The notes: generated by a model from the sequence alone, not told the origin. Shown: positions 1 to 8,942, counted from the stretch's first letter. The stretch is 21,249 nucleotides of DNA from Clostridia bacterium (GCA_045599485.1 JAZRWA010000019.1:1-21249); one strand, 5' to 3'. Numbers and translations are program-made.

Positions 1-916
1 GGGCCCAGGAATCATGGACCGCGATGACGGTGTCACCGCTGTCACGCAGCGCCTGCAGCTGCAGCTCCTCCTGACGGCTGACCAGACCGACGTTGTATTC
101 GATGGTATCGATGGCAGAAAGCTTGACGCAGGTTCTTTCCAGATTGGTCAGCATGCGCCAGGCATCGGCAGACATGACCAGCGCGTAAACATCCATACGA
201 TGATTGTCCACCAGAACCACGGGGGCGCTGTCCTGCAGATATTCGGTCTGATAGGTGAACAGCGTTTTTTCGGCGGCGTCGATGCTGCCGTCACTAAATG
301 CGGCGGCACAGTCCTGCGGCATGTCCACCGGCACGGCGCCGAGGGCGGTCAATGTTTCGGACATCAGCAGGGACCCGTCCGCGGCGTAACGCAGTCCCTT
401 GAGGTCCTCGAGTGAGGAGACCGGCGCTTTCAGCACGGTCTGCTCATAGCCCAGCTCCAGAAAAGCGATGCAGAGCATTTTTTCACCGTTCTTTTTGGGA
501 AACTCCAGAAAGCCGGTTGCCGTTTCACTTTCGGCAAAGGTACGGAACGCCTCATGGCTGGAAAAGGTGGCGGGCAGCGCAGGCAGGGAAAGCTCACCGG
601 CGCCGATGCCGGCCAGTTCGGAAACGGGGATCAGCATGAAATCAACGGTGATGCCCTCATTGTCCTTGACGCCCTGAAGCTGGCGGAGGCTTTCTGCGGG
701 GTCACCGAGCGTGCCGTCGGCGTAGACATCCAGCGCCAGACCATGATCGGTGTATTCCAAAATTCTGTCCCCGAAATAGAAGGCCAGCATGGCGGGGAGG
801 GAGAACTCACTGTCCTGCTCGGAGAAATACAGCATGTAGGATTCGTGCGCCGAGACGGGCAGGGCCAACGAGCCCAGCAAGGCAAGCAGGAGCATAAATA
901 CGATCGATTTTTTCAT
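1..916 (-). CDS. TRAP-type (DctP-family) periplasmic solute-binding protein; the C-terminal part runs off the window start
   Basis: Absent from the ORF track because it is open at the window edge. The reverse complement of 914-916 is ATG, preceded by GGAGGTG (rc of 925-931) with an 8-nt spacer. My translation starts MKKSIVFMLLLALLGSLALPVSAHES (signal peptide) and continues ...LPALPATFSSHEAFRTF...LKGLRYAADGS...VDNHRMDVYALVMSADAWRML..., with no stop down to position 2. The family call rests on remembered DctP-like motifs, not on a search. Confidence 0.6.
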   Translation of the reverse strand, partial: MKKSIVFMLLLALLGSLALPVSAHESYMLYFSEQDSEFSLPAMLAFYFGDRILEYTDHGLALDVYADGTLGDPAESLRQLQGVKDNEGITVDFMLIPVSELAGIGAGELSLPALPATFSSHEAFRTFAESETATGFLEFPKKNGEKMLCIAFLELGYEQTVLKAPVSSLEDLKGLRYAADGSLLMSETLTALGAVPVDMPQDCAAAFSDGSIDAAEKTLFTYQTEYLQDSAPVVLVDNHRMDVYALVMSADAWRMLTNLERTCVKLSAIDTIEYNVGLVSRQEELQLQALRDSGDTVIAVHDSWA

Positions 917-939
917 AAATCAGACACCTCCGCAAAAAT

Positions 940-967
940 ATCATATCACGATTTAAGGGTGTGTCAA
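940..967 (-). promoter_or_regulatory. Sigma-A type promoter for the TRAP binding-protein gene
   Basis: On the minus strand: TTGACA (rc of 962-967), a 16-nt spacer, then TGaTATGAT, an extended -10 (TATGAT is rc of 940-945; TG is rc of 947-948). It lies about 25 nt upstream of the ATG at 916. Confidence 0.5.
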
Positions 968-1081
968 TGATTCGATAAGAAACAGAAATGCGGAAATGTT
1001 CAAAAAGTTGCAATCTGATTCAATTGGTTAAAATAATGAAACAAAACTGAAATGTCATCCGCGTATTTCAGCCGTGGTTGC

Positions 1082-1111
1082 TTGACAGTGAAAAAATGCG
1101 GATGATATCAT
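1082..1111 (+). promoter_or_regulatory. Sigma-A type promoter of the Bat-like operon
   Basis: TTGACA at 1082-1087, an 18-nt spacer, and TATCAT at 1106-1111 with an extended-10 TG at 1103-1104. AGGAGG at 1121-1126 and ATG at 1134 follow immediately. Confidence 0.55.
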
Positions 1112-1133
1112 CAGGAAGACAGGAGGTGAAAAA

Positions 1134-2645
1134 ATGCGGACGGAGATCAGAAAGGCGCTTTAGCCGTTCAGAAGACGGCTGACGGCGGAAGCCTTGCTGC
1201 AGGCGGCGGCGGAAGCGTGCATGGCGACATGCGGCACAGCGGCGGTGATGTTTGCGCTGCGGCAGTATGATTTGATGGCTCCGACCCTGTTTTTTTGCCT
1301 GATCCCCCTGTTTTGGTTGGTGCTGGGCGGCTTCTTTTTTCTTCATCGACCGACCTGGGTGCGTACAGCGAGGCGCGTGGACCGTACCTATGAGCTGCAG
1401 GACCGGACGGCGACCATGGTACATCTGGCGCAGGATGAGGCGTTTTTTTCCGCTCTGCAGCGGCAGGATACCATTGAAAAGCTGAAGCGGCTGAATCCCA
1501 AGGCAATCAGACTGCGCTTTTCACGCCGGCGGTGGCTGGCCCTTCTGCTTTGTGTGACCCTTTCCGCCGCTGTGGCGGCAGGAGCCTTTCTTTCGGCGCA
1601 ATGGCTGCGCGGAGGCGAGACGGAATACATGGAATCGGACGAAATGAAACTGGCGCGTGCGCTGCTGCAGGATATGCGTGAGCGGCTGAATGACGCCGAT
1701 TTGTCCGAACAGGAAAGGGAAGCGTTGCTGCGGCAGATCGAAGAGACCGAAAACGCCCTGAATGGCGATAACTTTGGTTTGGACGAGCTGGCGGGCATTA
1801 CCCGAACAGTGGGCGAGCTGCAAAGCCGGCTGGATGAATCGCTGATCCGCCGCGGCTGGATCTATCTGCTGCGGGAGGAGCCGCATTATACCGCTGTGGC
1901 GGACGGCATGATCAATGAGGATATACCGGCCATGCAGGCAGCGCTGGCGGCCAACTATAATGAAGTGATGAGCAAGACGGGCACGGAAGCCATCATTGCC
2001 CTGATGGATCTGAAGACGGAGATCGATGAGGCGCTGGAGGCGGATAACGAGCCCGATGACGAGGACGCCTATCTGCAGTACGCGTTTTATCTGTTTGCTG
2101 ATGATATGCTGGGTGCCGCCAACCACATTGCCGCGCACAAAAACCCGGACAGTGTGATCTTTAACGCCTTTGCGCTGCTGGAAAAGCGCCTGATCAGCAT
2201 CATCAACGGTGTGGATATCATCGTGGAGGCGGATGAGAACGAACAAAACATCTATTTCCGCCAGGAGGACGGCGATGAGGGCAGTGAGGACGGCGGCGGC
2301 ATGAACGGGCGCGCCGCGGAGGAAGGGGACGCGGAGGACGGCAGCGTGCTGCTGTATACCGCCGACCCGGACGGCATGCACGGCGCGGGCACCGGCACCC
2401 GCAGCCAGCAGCACTATGAAGAAAGCGAAAAGGTGTATGAGCCGTCGCTGGATCCGTACAGCACCGCCTATGACGCAGCGCGGGAATATGAATTTGAATT
2501 GAACGGCATCGAGATCGAAAACAGCCATGTGGCGTACGGTCAGGTCTATGGGTCGTATTATGCCCGGATGATCGAAGCCATCATGGACGGCCGCATCCCG
2601 TAGGAGATGCTGCATTCGGTCGAGGCGTATTTCTTTGGACTGTAA
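1134..2645 (+). CDS. Membrane-anchored acidic protein, first gene of the MoxR/DUF58/VWA module (DUF4175-like from memory). It contains two in-frame TAG codons (1161-1163, 2601-2603). The standard-code ORF is 1194-2603.
   Basis: The track ORF 1194..2603 starts at a TTG. The ATG at 1134 is in the same frame and has a strong RBS (AGGAGG, 7-nt spacer). It is separated from the ORF only by the TAG at 1161. After the TAG at 2601 the frame stays open for 13 sense codons (EMLHSVEAYFFGL) to a TAA at 2643-2645. Hydrophobic segments are present (TLFFCLIPLFWLVLGGFFFL, WLALLLCVTLSAAVAAGAFL), followed by a long D/E-rich region. The outer boundaries depend on TAG being read through. A conservative start is ATG 1221 or TTG 1194. 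Confidence 0.55.
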
Positions 2646-2684
2646 GAAAAAACAGCCATTCGGACAGACGAAAGGGGAAAAACA

Positions 2685-3674
2685 ATGAATCAGGCGGAAA
2701 CGCTCCGGCGCTTCAGGGAGAAGAGCGGTCAGGTTTTTGAACAGATCAACCGGGATATGATCGGCCAGCAGGAAGTGGTGCAGCATGCGGTGATCGCGAT
2801 GATCACGGGCGGCAATGTGCTGCTGGAGGGCGTGCCCGGCGTGGGCAAAACGCGTTTGGTGCGCGCCATCGGCCGTGTCTTTGGCCTGCCGTTTTCGCGC
2901 ATTCAGTTTACGCCCGACCTGATGCCCTCCGATGTGACGGGTACCAACGTGATGACCCGCGATGAGAAGGGCAACACGGTGTACCGCTTCCAGCCGGGCC
3001 CCATCTTCAGCAACATTGTGCTGGCGGATGAGATCAACCGTGCCACGCCCAAAACACAGAGCGCGCTGCTGGAGGCCATGCAGGAGCATATGGTCTCGGT
3101 AGCCGGTGTGGATCACCGCCTGGAGGAACCCTTCTTTGTGCTGGCGACGCAGAACCCCGTGGAGCAGGAGGGCACGTATCCGCTGCCTGAAGCACAGATG
3201 GACCGGTTTATGTTCAAGCTGGTCGTCGGCTTCCCGACGGTGGAGGAGCTGGAAAAGATCGTATTGATGACGCAGCAGACGATGGAGGAGACTTCCGAGC
3301 AGGTGCTGGACGCCGAAACGCTGCTTCAGATGAGAGCGCTGGCCAAGCAGATTCCCGTGCTGCCGGAGCTTTTGACCTATACGATGCGGCTGGTCTCCGC
3401 TACCCATGAGGATTCGGCCGAAAAGGCGGAGGTGACCGGACAGTACATCGCGCTGGGCGCAAGCCCCCGCGCCTGCCAGGCATTGATCACAGCGGCCAAA
3501 GCGCGCGCGCTGATGGACGGCCGTTTCAATGTGTGCAAAGAGGACATCGATACCCTGGCGTACCCGGTGCTGCGCCACCGCATCAAGCTGAACTATGCGG
3601 CGATGGCGGAACGCAAGACGGCGGACATGCTGATCGCGGAGCTGATCCGCGAGGTGTCTGCCCGCAAACGCTGA
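2685..3674 (+). CDS. MoxR-family AAA+ ATPase
   Basis: 329-aa ORF. Walker A is LEGVPGVGKT and Walker B is VLADEINRA, with ATQNPVEQEGTYPLPEAQMDRF also present. RBS AAAGGGGA lies upstream of the ATG at 2685. TGA stop. Confidence 0.95.
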   Translation: MNQAETLRRFREKSGQVFEQINRDMIGQQEVVQHAVIAMITGGNVLLEGVPGVGKTRLVRAIGRVFGLPFSRIQFTPDLMPSDVTGTNVMTRDEKGNTVYRFQPGPIFSNIVLADEINRATPKTQSALLEAMQEHMVSVAGVDHRLEEPFFVLATQNPVEQEGTYPLPEAQMDRFMFKLVVGFPTVEELEKIVLMTQQTMEETSEQVLDAETLLQMRALAKQIPVLPELLTYTMRLVSATHEDSAEKAEVTGQYIALGASPRACQALITAAKARALMDGRFNVCKEDIDTLAYPVLRHRIKLNYAAMAERKTADMLIAELIREVSARKR

Positions 3675-3675
3675 A

Positions 3676-4581
3676 ATGGCGGCGGCAAGACGCAGGCAGC
3701 TGTTGGATGATGAGTTTCTGGCCACGCTGAACACGCTGAATCTGAGCGCGAGGATGCCCATCAACAACCGTTTTGCCGGTGTGCACCGCTCCAAGACCTA
3801 CGGCGGCATTTCCGAATTTGCGGACTACCGGGAATATCAGCCCGGCGATGATCTGCGGCGCATCGATTGGAATCTGGCCGGCCGTACGGGACAATACTAT
3901 ATCAAGCAGTTTCTGGATGAAAAAAAGCAGATGGTCCGCATCTTTCTGGATACCTCCCTTTCCATGCTGGGCGAGGCGGACAGCGATAAATCGCTTGCGG
4001 CTTTGCGCATGGCCGCGGCCATTGCGTATCTGGCGGTGCAGGCGATGGACAGCGTGTGCTTTTATGCCATGAACGGGTCAAGAAGCGTGCCGGTGGGGCC
4101 GGTGATCAACTGCAAGAGCCAATTGATCGCCACGTTTGCCGAACTGGAGCAGGTTGATTTTTGCGGAACCTGCGATATCGGGGCGGCCATTGCTGATCAG
4201 GGGCGCTTTGGCGGCGGCAGGGGGCTGACCGTCATTCTTTCCGACCTGCAGACCGATTCGGACTGGAAGGGCGCCATCCGTTCCCTGAAAGCCAAGGGAC
4301 AGGATGTCATGCTTATCTGCCTTTTGTCCAAGGGGGAGGAGCAGCCCGCCTATCGCGGGGCGCAGTCCCTGGCGGATGCCGAACTGCCCGAAACACAGCC
4401 ATTTCATGTGGAGGTGGACCGGGATATGCTGCACGCCTATGAAGAGGCGGTGCGATGGTTTTACCGGGATGTGGAAGCCTTCTGTGCCGGGGAGAATGTG
4501 GCGCTGGCCTGTGTCGGCGGCGGGGATGCGCCCGAGGAAGTGCTGCTGCAACGGGGCTTTATGACGGGGTTGATCAAATGA
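3676..4581 (+). CDS. DUF58 domain protein (usual MoxR partner)
   Basis: 301-aa ORF carrying the hallmark DYREYQPGDDLRRIDWN motif. The ATG lies 1 nt after the MoxR TGA. TGA stop. Confidence 0.9.
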   Translation: MAAARRRQLLDDEFLATLNTLNLSARMPINNRFAGVHRSKTYGGISEFADYREYQPGDDLRRIDWNLAGRTGQYYIKQFLDEKKQMVRIFLDTSLSMLGEADSDKSLAALRMAAAIAYLAVQAMDSVCFYAMNGSRSVPVGPVINCKSQLIATFAELEQVDFCGTCDIGAAIADQGRFGGGRGLTVILSDLQTDSDWKGAIRSLKAKGQDVMLICLLSKGEEQPAYRGAQSLADAELPETQPFHVEVDRDMLHAYEEAVRWFYRDVEAFCAGENVALACVGGGDAPEEVLLQRGFMTGLIK

Positions 4582-6416
4582 AGATACTGCATCCGGAATA
4601 CCTTTGGATGGCAGGCGGCCTGATATTGCTGGTCGTGCTGTGGATCCTGCGTCCGCAGCGGGAGAAAAAGGCCGTGTCATCCGTGTGGCTGTGGCGCCTG
4701 AGTGAAAGGTTTCACTCACGAAGGATGCCGCTGCACCGTATGAAAAAGATGCTGCAGTTGCTGCTGCAGCTTTTTGCCGTGTCCGCGGCGGTGCTGCTGG
4801 CCCTGCGCCCGGTATTTCGGGTGCCGGATGCAGGCAAGGAATACATAGCTGTGGTGGACGTTTCGGCCGGCATGGCGCTGAACGGACGTCTGGAAAAAGT
4901 GAAGGAGAGCCTGCTGAAAGACATTTCCTCCTGCGGCGCGGGAACGGAAGTGACCGTGATCGCGGCGGGCAGCGGCGCGGTGACGCTGCTGGAAAAGAGC
5001 ACCGACCGCAATGAGATCGAGTATGCTGTGACCCGCCTTCAGATTGATTGGGGCACCATGAATGTGCAGGCGGCGGCGGAGACCGTGCAGAGGATGCTGG
5101 ATCAAAGCCCCGAGGCGGAAATCGTGTGGTATACCGACCGGGCTTTGGAGAGCGATGAGATCGTTTTGCACCGGACGGGGGACGGAGACTGCTGGAACGC
5201 GGCGGTCAACCGGCTGTCCTGCTCACGGCAGGGCGTGACCACGACCTTTGAGGCGGAGATCATCAGCTATAATGCCGCCGCCGAACTGACCTGCGCGCTG
5301 TATCTGGATGAGCACATTGCCGGGGCACGGCAGGTCTTGCTGAAGGAAAATGAGCCGGCTGTGGTGGAATGGGAGATCAAAAATGCCTCCTTTTCCGCCG
5401 CAAGGGTGGTTTTTGCCGCGCAGGACGCCTTGCAGGAGGACAACGAGGCGCTGCTTGTGAGGCCCGCGGAGCACGCTGTCCGCGTACTGCTTTGCAGTGA
5501 TGAGCCGTTTTTCTGGCAGCAGGTGCTGCGTGCCTTTGACGTGGTGCAGCTGGAGGTGCGCGGCGCGGCGCAATGGGAAGATACCTTTGAAAATTACGAT
5601 ATTTATGTGTTTGACGGCGTATTGCCCAAAACGCTGCCAACGGACGGCGGTATCTGGATGATCCACCCCGACAGACTGCCGCGTGAGACCGGGCTGCTCT
5701 TTGGCGCATATCAGCAGGGCGGCTATCTGGAACTGCCCCGCGGCGGCATTCAGAGGCGGCTGCAGCTGGAAAACGCACTCATCAGCCGGGATATCATGGT
5801 GCAGAAGCTGCATCAGATCAACGATACCGAACGCTTTGAGATCGCGCTGACGGCAGGCGGACAGCCTGCGCTGCTGGCGATGCGGGAGAGCAACGGACTG
5901 GCCAGGGTGATCTTTTCCTTTGATCTGCATGATTCCAACCTGCCGCTGATGGGGGATTTTGTTTTGATCGTGGGGCAGCTGCTGGACTATACGATGCCGG
6001 AGCTGATGAGCGATACGACGGTGAACGCCGGCGAAGCGGTGAAGGCGGCGGTAACGCCCCTGGCGAAGGAGATCTATCTGAAGCTGCCGGACGGCACGCT
6101 GAAGGCCCTGCCCTTTACGGTGGACAGTGTGCAGTTTACGCCCGCATCGCCCGGGGTGCATACGCTGATGCAGCTGAAGGAAAACGGCATGCTGCAGTAT
6201 GCGGATTTTGTCTGCCGCATTCCGCCGTGCGAATCCGATCCGCGGGCAGGCGAGGTCCAGACGGTCAGCCTGGTGCGTGTGCCTTTTACGGAAGAAGAAA
6301 AAAACGCGCGGGCGGAGCAGACCGACCGCATGCGGGATATCGGAACGGAATTGGCGGCTGCGTTGCTGCTGCTGCTCTTGCTGGAATGGATGGTGTATTA
6401 TCATGAACAGTATTGA
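4578..6416 (+). CDS. BatA-like membrane protein: N-terminal double-TM domain, VWA-like domain with a degenerate MIDAS, and a C-terminal TM anchor
   Basis: The ATG at 4578 overlaps the DUF58 stop (ATGA), implying translational coupling. The track ORF start at 4455 lies inside DUF58 and is unlikely to be real. The N-terminus MKILHPEYLWMAGGLILLVVLWILRP...VWLWR resembles the Bat N-terminal two-TM domain. The MIDAS position reads VVDVSAGM instead of DxSxS. The C-terminal helix is LAAALLLLLLLEWMVYY. TGA stop. Confidence 0.75.
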   Translation: MKILHPEYLWMAGGLILLVVLWILRPQREKKAVSSVWLWRLSERFHSRRMPLHRMKKMLQLLLQLFAVSAAVLLALRPVFRVPDAGKEYIAVVDVSAGMALNGRLEKVKESLLKDISSCGAGTEVTVIAAGSGAVTLLEKSTDRNEIEYAVTRLQIDWGTMNVQAAAETVQRMLDQSPEAEIVWYTDRALESDEIVLHRTGDGDCWNAAVNRLSCSRQGVTTTFEAEIISYNAAAELTCALYLDEHIAGARQVLLKENEPAVVEWEIKNASFSAARVVFAAQDALQEDNEALLVRPAEHAVRVLLCSDEPFFWQQVLRAFDVVQLEVRGAAQWEDTFENYDIYVFDGVLPKTLPTDGGIWMIHPDRLPRETGLLFGAYQQGGYLELPRGGIQRRLQLENALISRDIMVQKLHQINDTERFEIALTAGGQPALLAMRESNGLARVIFSFDLHDSNLPLMGDFVLIVGQLLDYTMPELMSDTTVNAGEAVKAAVTPLAKEIYLKLPDGTLKALPFTVDSVQFTPASPGVHTLMQLKENGMLQYADFVCRIPPCESDPRAGEVQTVSLVRVPFTEEEKNARAEQTDRMRDIGTELAAALLLLLLLEWMVYYHEQY

Positions 6417-8934
6417 CGTGCGGTTTGAAACACCGCTTGCATTGCTGACGCTGATTCCGGCGGCGGTACTGCTGATACTGTCCCTGCGCCGCATTCCGAC
6501 GGCTCAATTGAGCAAAAAGGCCAGAAATACCCATTTGGGGCTTCGGCTTCTGGCGGTTTTGTGCGCGGTGCTGATCTTATCCGGCTTGTCTGTCAGCAGT
6601 GTGACCAACAAAACGGTGATGGCTCTGCTGCTGGATACCTCGGACAGCACGGCAGGGAGACGGGAGGAATTGCTTCAGGCGGCGGAGACCATTGAAGCCG
6701 CGGCGGACCGGAATACGCAGATCGTGCACATCGCCTTTGGCGGCAATGCGGTGCAGGTGAGCGCGTTTGAAAACGAAAACGGTGTGGAAACGGGCGCTAC
6801 GGACGCCGCGGGTGCGATGATCCTGGCGGCCAATGCCCTGGAGGGCAGCAGCCGCAAGCGCGTGGTTCTGCTGACAGACGGCGTGCTGACGGACGGTGAT
6901 GTGATTTCTGCCGCGGAGATGCTCGGCGGCAAGGGCATCCGTCTGGACGCGTATTATGCGGAATATCTGTCAGCAGAGCCGGAGGCGCAGGTCACGGCGG
7001 TAACGCTGCCCTCGGAGGCGGTGCTGGGGCAGAGCATGACATTGGATACGGTGGTGACGGCTAGCGGCTCCATCGGCGCCTCGCTGGAGGTATCCGACCG
7101 GGAGGGTCGCCTTTCGGTCAAACAGGTGCGGCTCTATAAGGGCGAAAACCGCTTTGCCCTGACCGCCCTGCCGAGATACGCCGGGACATCGGAGTTTTTT
7201 GTGAAGCTGACCCCCGAAAAGGATACGATACCCGGGAACAATGCCTACGGCGCGGTGACAGAGGTGACCTCACAGCAGAGGATTTTGCTGGTGGAGGGAC
7301 AAACGGGCAACGCCCGGGCGCTGCGGCAGCTGCTGGAGGAACACGAGTGCGATACTACGGTCCTCGGGGCGGCGGAGGTGCCGACGGACATGGAAGCATT
7401 GTGCCGCTACAGCCTGATCATCCTGCTGGATGTGGATGTGCTGGACCTGCCGCAGAAGGCACCGGCTCGCTTGCGGGAGTATGTGGAAACCTATGGGCGC
7501 AGCCTGCTGGCCGCCGGCGGCGAGCATACTTTTTTGTACGGAAACATGAAGGATACGGCACTGGAAACCATCCTGCCGGTCAGCATGGAGGTGAGCCGCA
7601 GCGAGAGCGCGGAGCCGGCGGTTTTGCTGTTTTTGCTGGATAATTCCGCTTCCATGGAGGGCACCCCGATCACCATGGCCAAGCGCGGTCTGATCAACGC
7701 GATCCAGTCGCTGAATGACAATGATTTTGCGGGCGTGATCGCCTTTTCCACGGAGTCTTCGGTGGTATCGCCCATCATTTCCATGGAAAACCGCGATGGC
7801 CTGATCAACTCGGTGGCGCGTTTGGGCACGGTGATGGGTACGCAGTACAACCCGGCACTGCTGGATGCCGAAAAACTGCTGGAGCAATATGAGGGCAGCG
7901 GCAAAAAGCACATCATTTTGCTCAGCGACGGTAACCCGAGCGATACGGGGTATGAAGAGATCGTGGTGAGGCTGGCGGAAAAGGGCGTGACCCTTTCCAC
8001 CATCGCGATGGGCGCGGACATCCGGGACGACGTGATGGCCATGCTGGCAACGCTGGGCGGCGGAAAATTCTATCGTGTGGAAAGCTCCTATGATCTGCCG
8101 TCCATTGTACTGACCGATACGGTGGCTTCCCAGACGGAGCACCTGGTCAGGGGCAGCGTGACGCCGGAAACGGTCAGCCCGCGCTATGGTATTTCCGACC
8201 CTCTGCCGCCGCTGGGCGGGTATATCCGTACCGATGCCAAGGCAGGAGCCGAGGTGCTGCTGACGGTGGAAAAGAACGATCCTTTGTTTGTGCGGCAGAG
8301 CTTTGGCAGCGGCCGTACGGCGTGCTTTACCGCCGACCTGAGCGGACAATGGACCGACATGTGGTTCAGGGATGATCCTGCCCGTGCCACGCTGGTACGG
8401 CTGATCGAGGAACTGCAGCCCACGGCGTATACGGCAGCGGCGCGGGAGATCCGTCTGGAAGCGGGCGGCACCCAGAGCATTCTGACCGCTCGGGCGGCGG
8501 AAGGCGCCGCTTCGGCGAAGGCGGAGGTGACTGCTCCGGACGGACGTGTCATGACACAAGACCTTTTTATGAATGAAGAATGCTGGACAGCGGAGATCCC
8601 GACCCCCGAAACGGGACGGTATGAACTGCTGATCCATGATTATGACGCCGCGGGAATGCTGCTGCGGACCCGCAGCGCGGCGGAGTATGTATCCTATTCG
8701 CGGGAGTACGATGCCTTTCCCGATACGGTCGCGGCCAGGGAGCAGCTGCAGGAGATCTGCTTTATGACCGGCGGCATGATGACCACGGATGCGGCGCTGC
8801 TTTCCAAAGTGGAGCTGGCAGGACTGCCGGTGGAGCGCGATGTGCGTTCCCTGTTGGCGGGGGCGGCTTTCTTTCTGCTGCTGATGGACCTGACCCTGCG
8901 AAAGCTTCGACCGAAATTTTTGTATCGCCGCTGA
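6403..8934 (+). CDS. Membrane protein with two von Willebrand factor A domains flanking a GATase1-like domain; N-terminal BatA-type double TM and a C-terminal TM
   Basis: The ATG at 6403 overlaps the previous gene by 14 nt. The track start at 6199 lies inside the upstream gene. N-terminus: MNSIDVRFETPLALLTLIPAAVLLILSLRR. MIDAS 1 is LLLDTSDST...LLTDG and MIDAS 2 is FLLDNSASMEG...ILLSDGNPSD. C-terminal helix: AGAAFFLLLMDL. TGA stop. Confidence 0.85.
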   Translation: MNSIDVRFETPLALLTLIPAAVLLILSLRRIPTAQLSKKARNTHLGLRLLAVLCAVLILSGLSVSSVTNKTVMALLLDTSDSTAGRREELLQAAETIEAAADRNTQIVHIAFGGNAVQVSAFENENGVETGATDAAGAMILAANALEGSSRKRVVLLTDGVLTDGDVISAAEMLGGKGIRLDAYYAEYLSAEPEAQVTAVTLPSEAVLGQSMTLDTVVTASGSIGASLEVSDREGRLSVKQVRLYKGENRFALTALPRYAGTSEFFVKLTPEKDTIPGNNAYGAVTEVTSQQRILLVEGQTGNARALRQLLEEHECDTTVLGAAEVPTDMEALCRYSLIILLDVDVLDLPQKAPARLREYVETYGRSLLAAGGEHTFLYGNMKDTALETILPVSMEVSRSESAEPAVLLFLLDNSASMEGTPITMAKRGLINAIQSLNDNDFAGVIAFSTESSVVSPIISMENRDGLINSVARLGTVMGTQYNPALLDAEKLLEQYEGSGKKHIILLSDGNPSDTGYEEIVVRLAEKGVTLSTIAMGADIRDDVMAMLATLGGGKFYRVESSYDLPSIVLTDTVASQTEHLVRGSVTPETVSPRYGISDPLPPLGGYIRTDAKAGAEVLLTVEKNDPLFVRQSFGSGRTACFTADLSGQWTDMWFRDDPARATLVRLIEELQPTAYTAAAREIRLEAGGTQSILTARAAEGAASAKAEVTAPDGRVMTQDLFMNEECWTAEIPTPETGRYELLIHDYDAAGMLLRTRSAAEYVSYSREYDAFPDTVAAREQLQEICFMTGGMMTTDAALLSKVELAGLPVERDVRSLLAGAAFFLLLMDLTLRKLRPKFLYRR

Positions 8935-8942
8935 GGGGACTG

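Noticed and set aside
1521-3794. 757-aa ORF on the minus strand, antisense to the first Bat-module gene, MoxR and the start of DUF58
   Set aside because: This is a shadow ORF typical of GC-rich DNA. Its translation is R/H/L/Q/G-rich with no recognisable motif or RBS. The opposite strand encodes unmistakable MoxR and DUF58 motifs.
4455-4577. Upstream extensions of track ORFs (4455, 6199, 10286, 14199, 17251, 18549) taken as true N-termini
   Set aside because: Each extension overlaps the preceding gene, a promoter or the gene's own RBS. In each case an internal ATG with a well-spaced GGAGG-like RBS or a stop/start overlap gives an N-terminus matching the expected family.
5223-8637. Minus-strand ORFs 5223..6494 and 7270..8637, and other internal ORFs within the BatA-like and VWA genes
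   Set aside because: They have the same GC-driven shadow pattern, with no RBS or motifs. The plus-strand frame carries VWA/MIDAS motifs and TM anchors.
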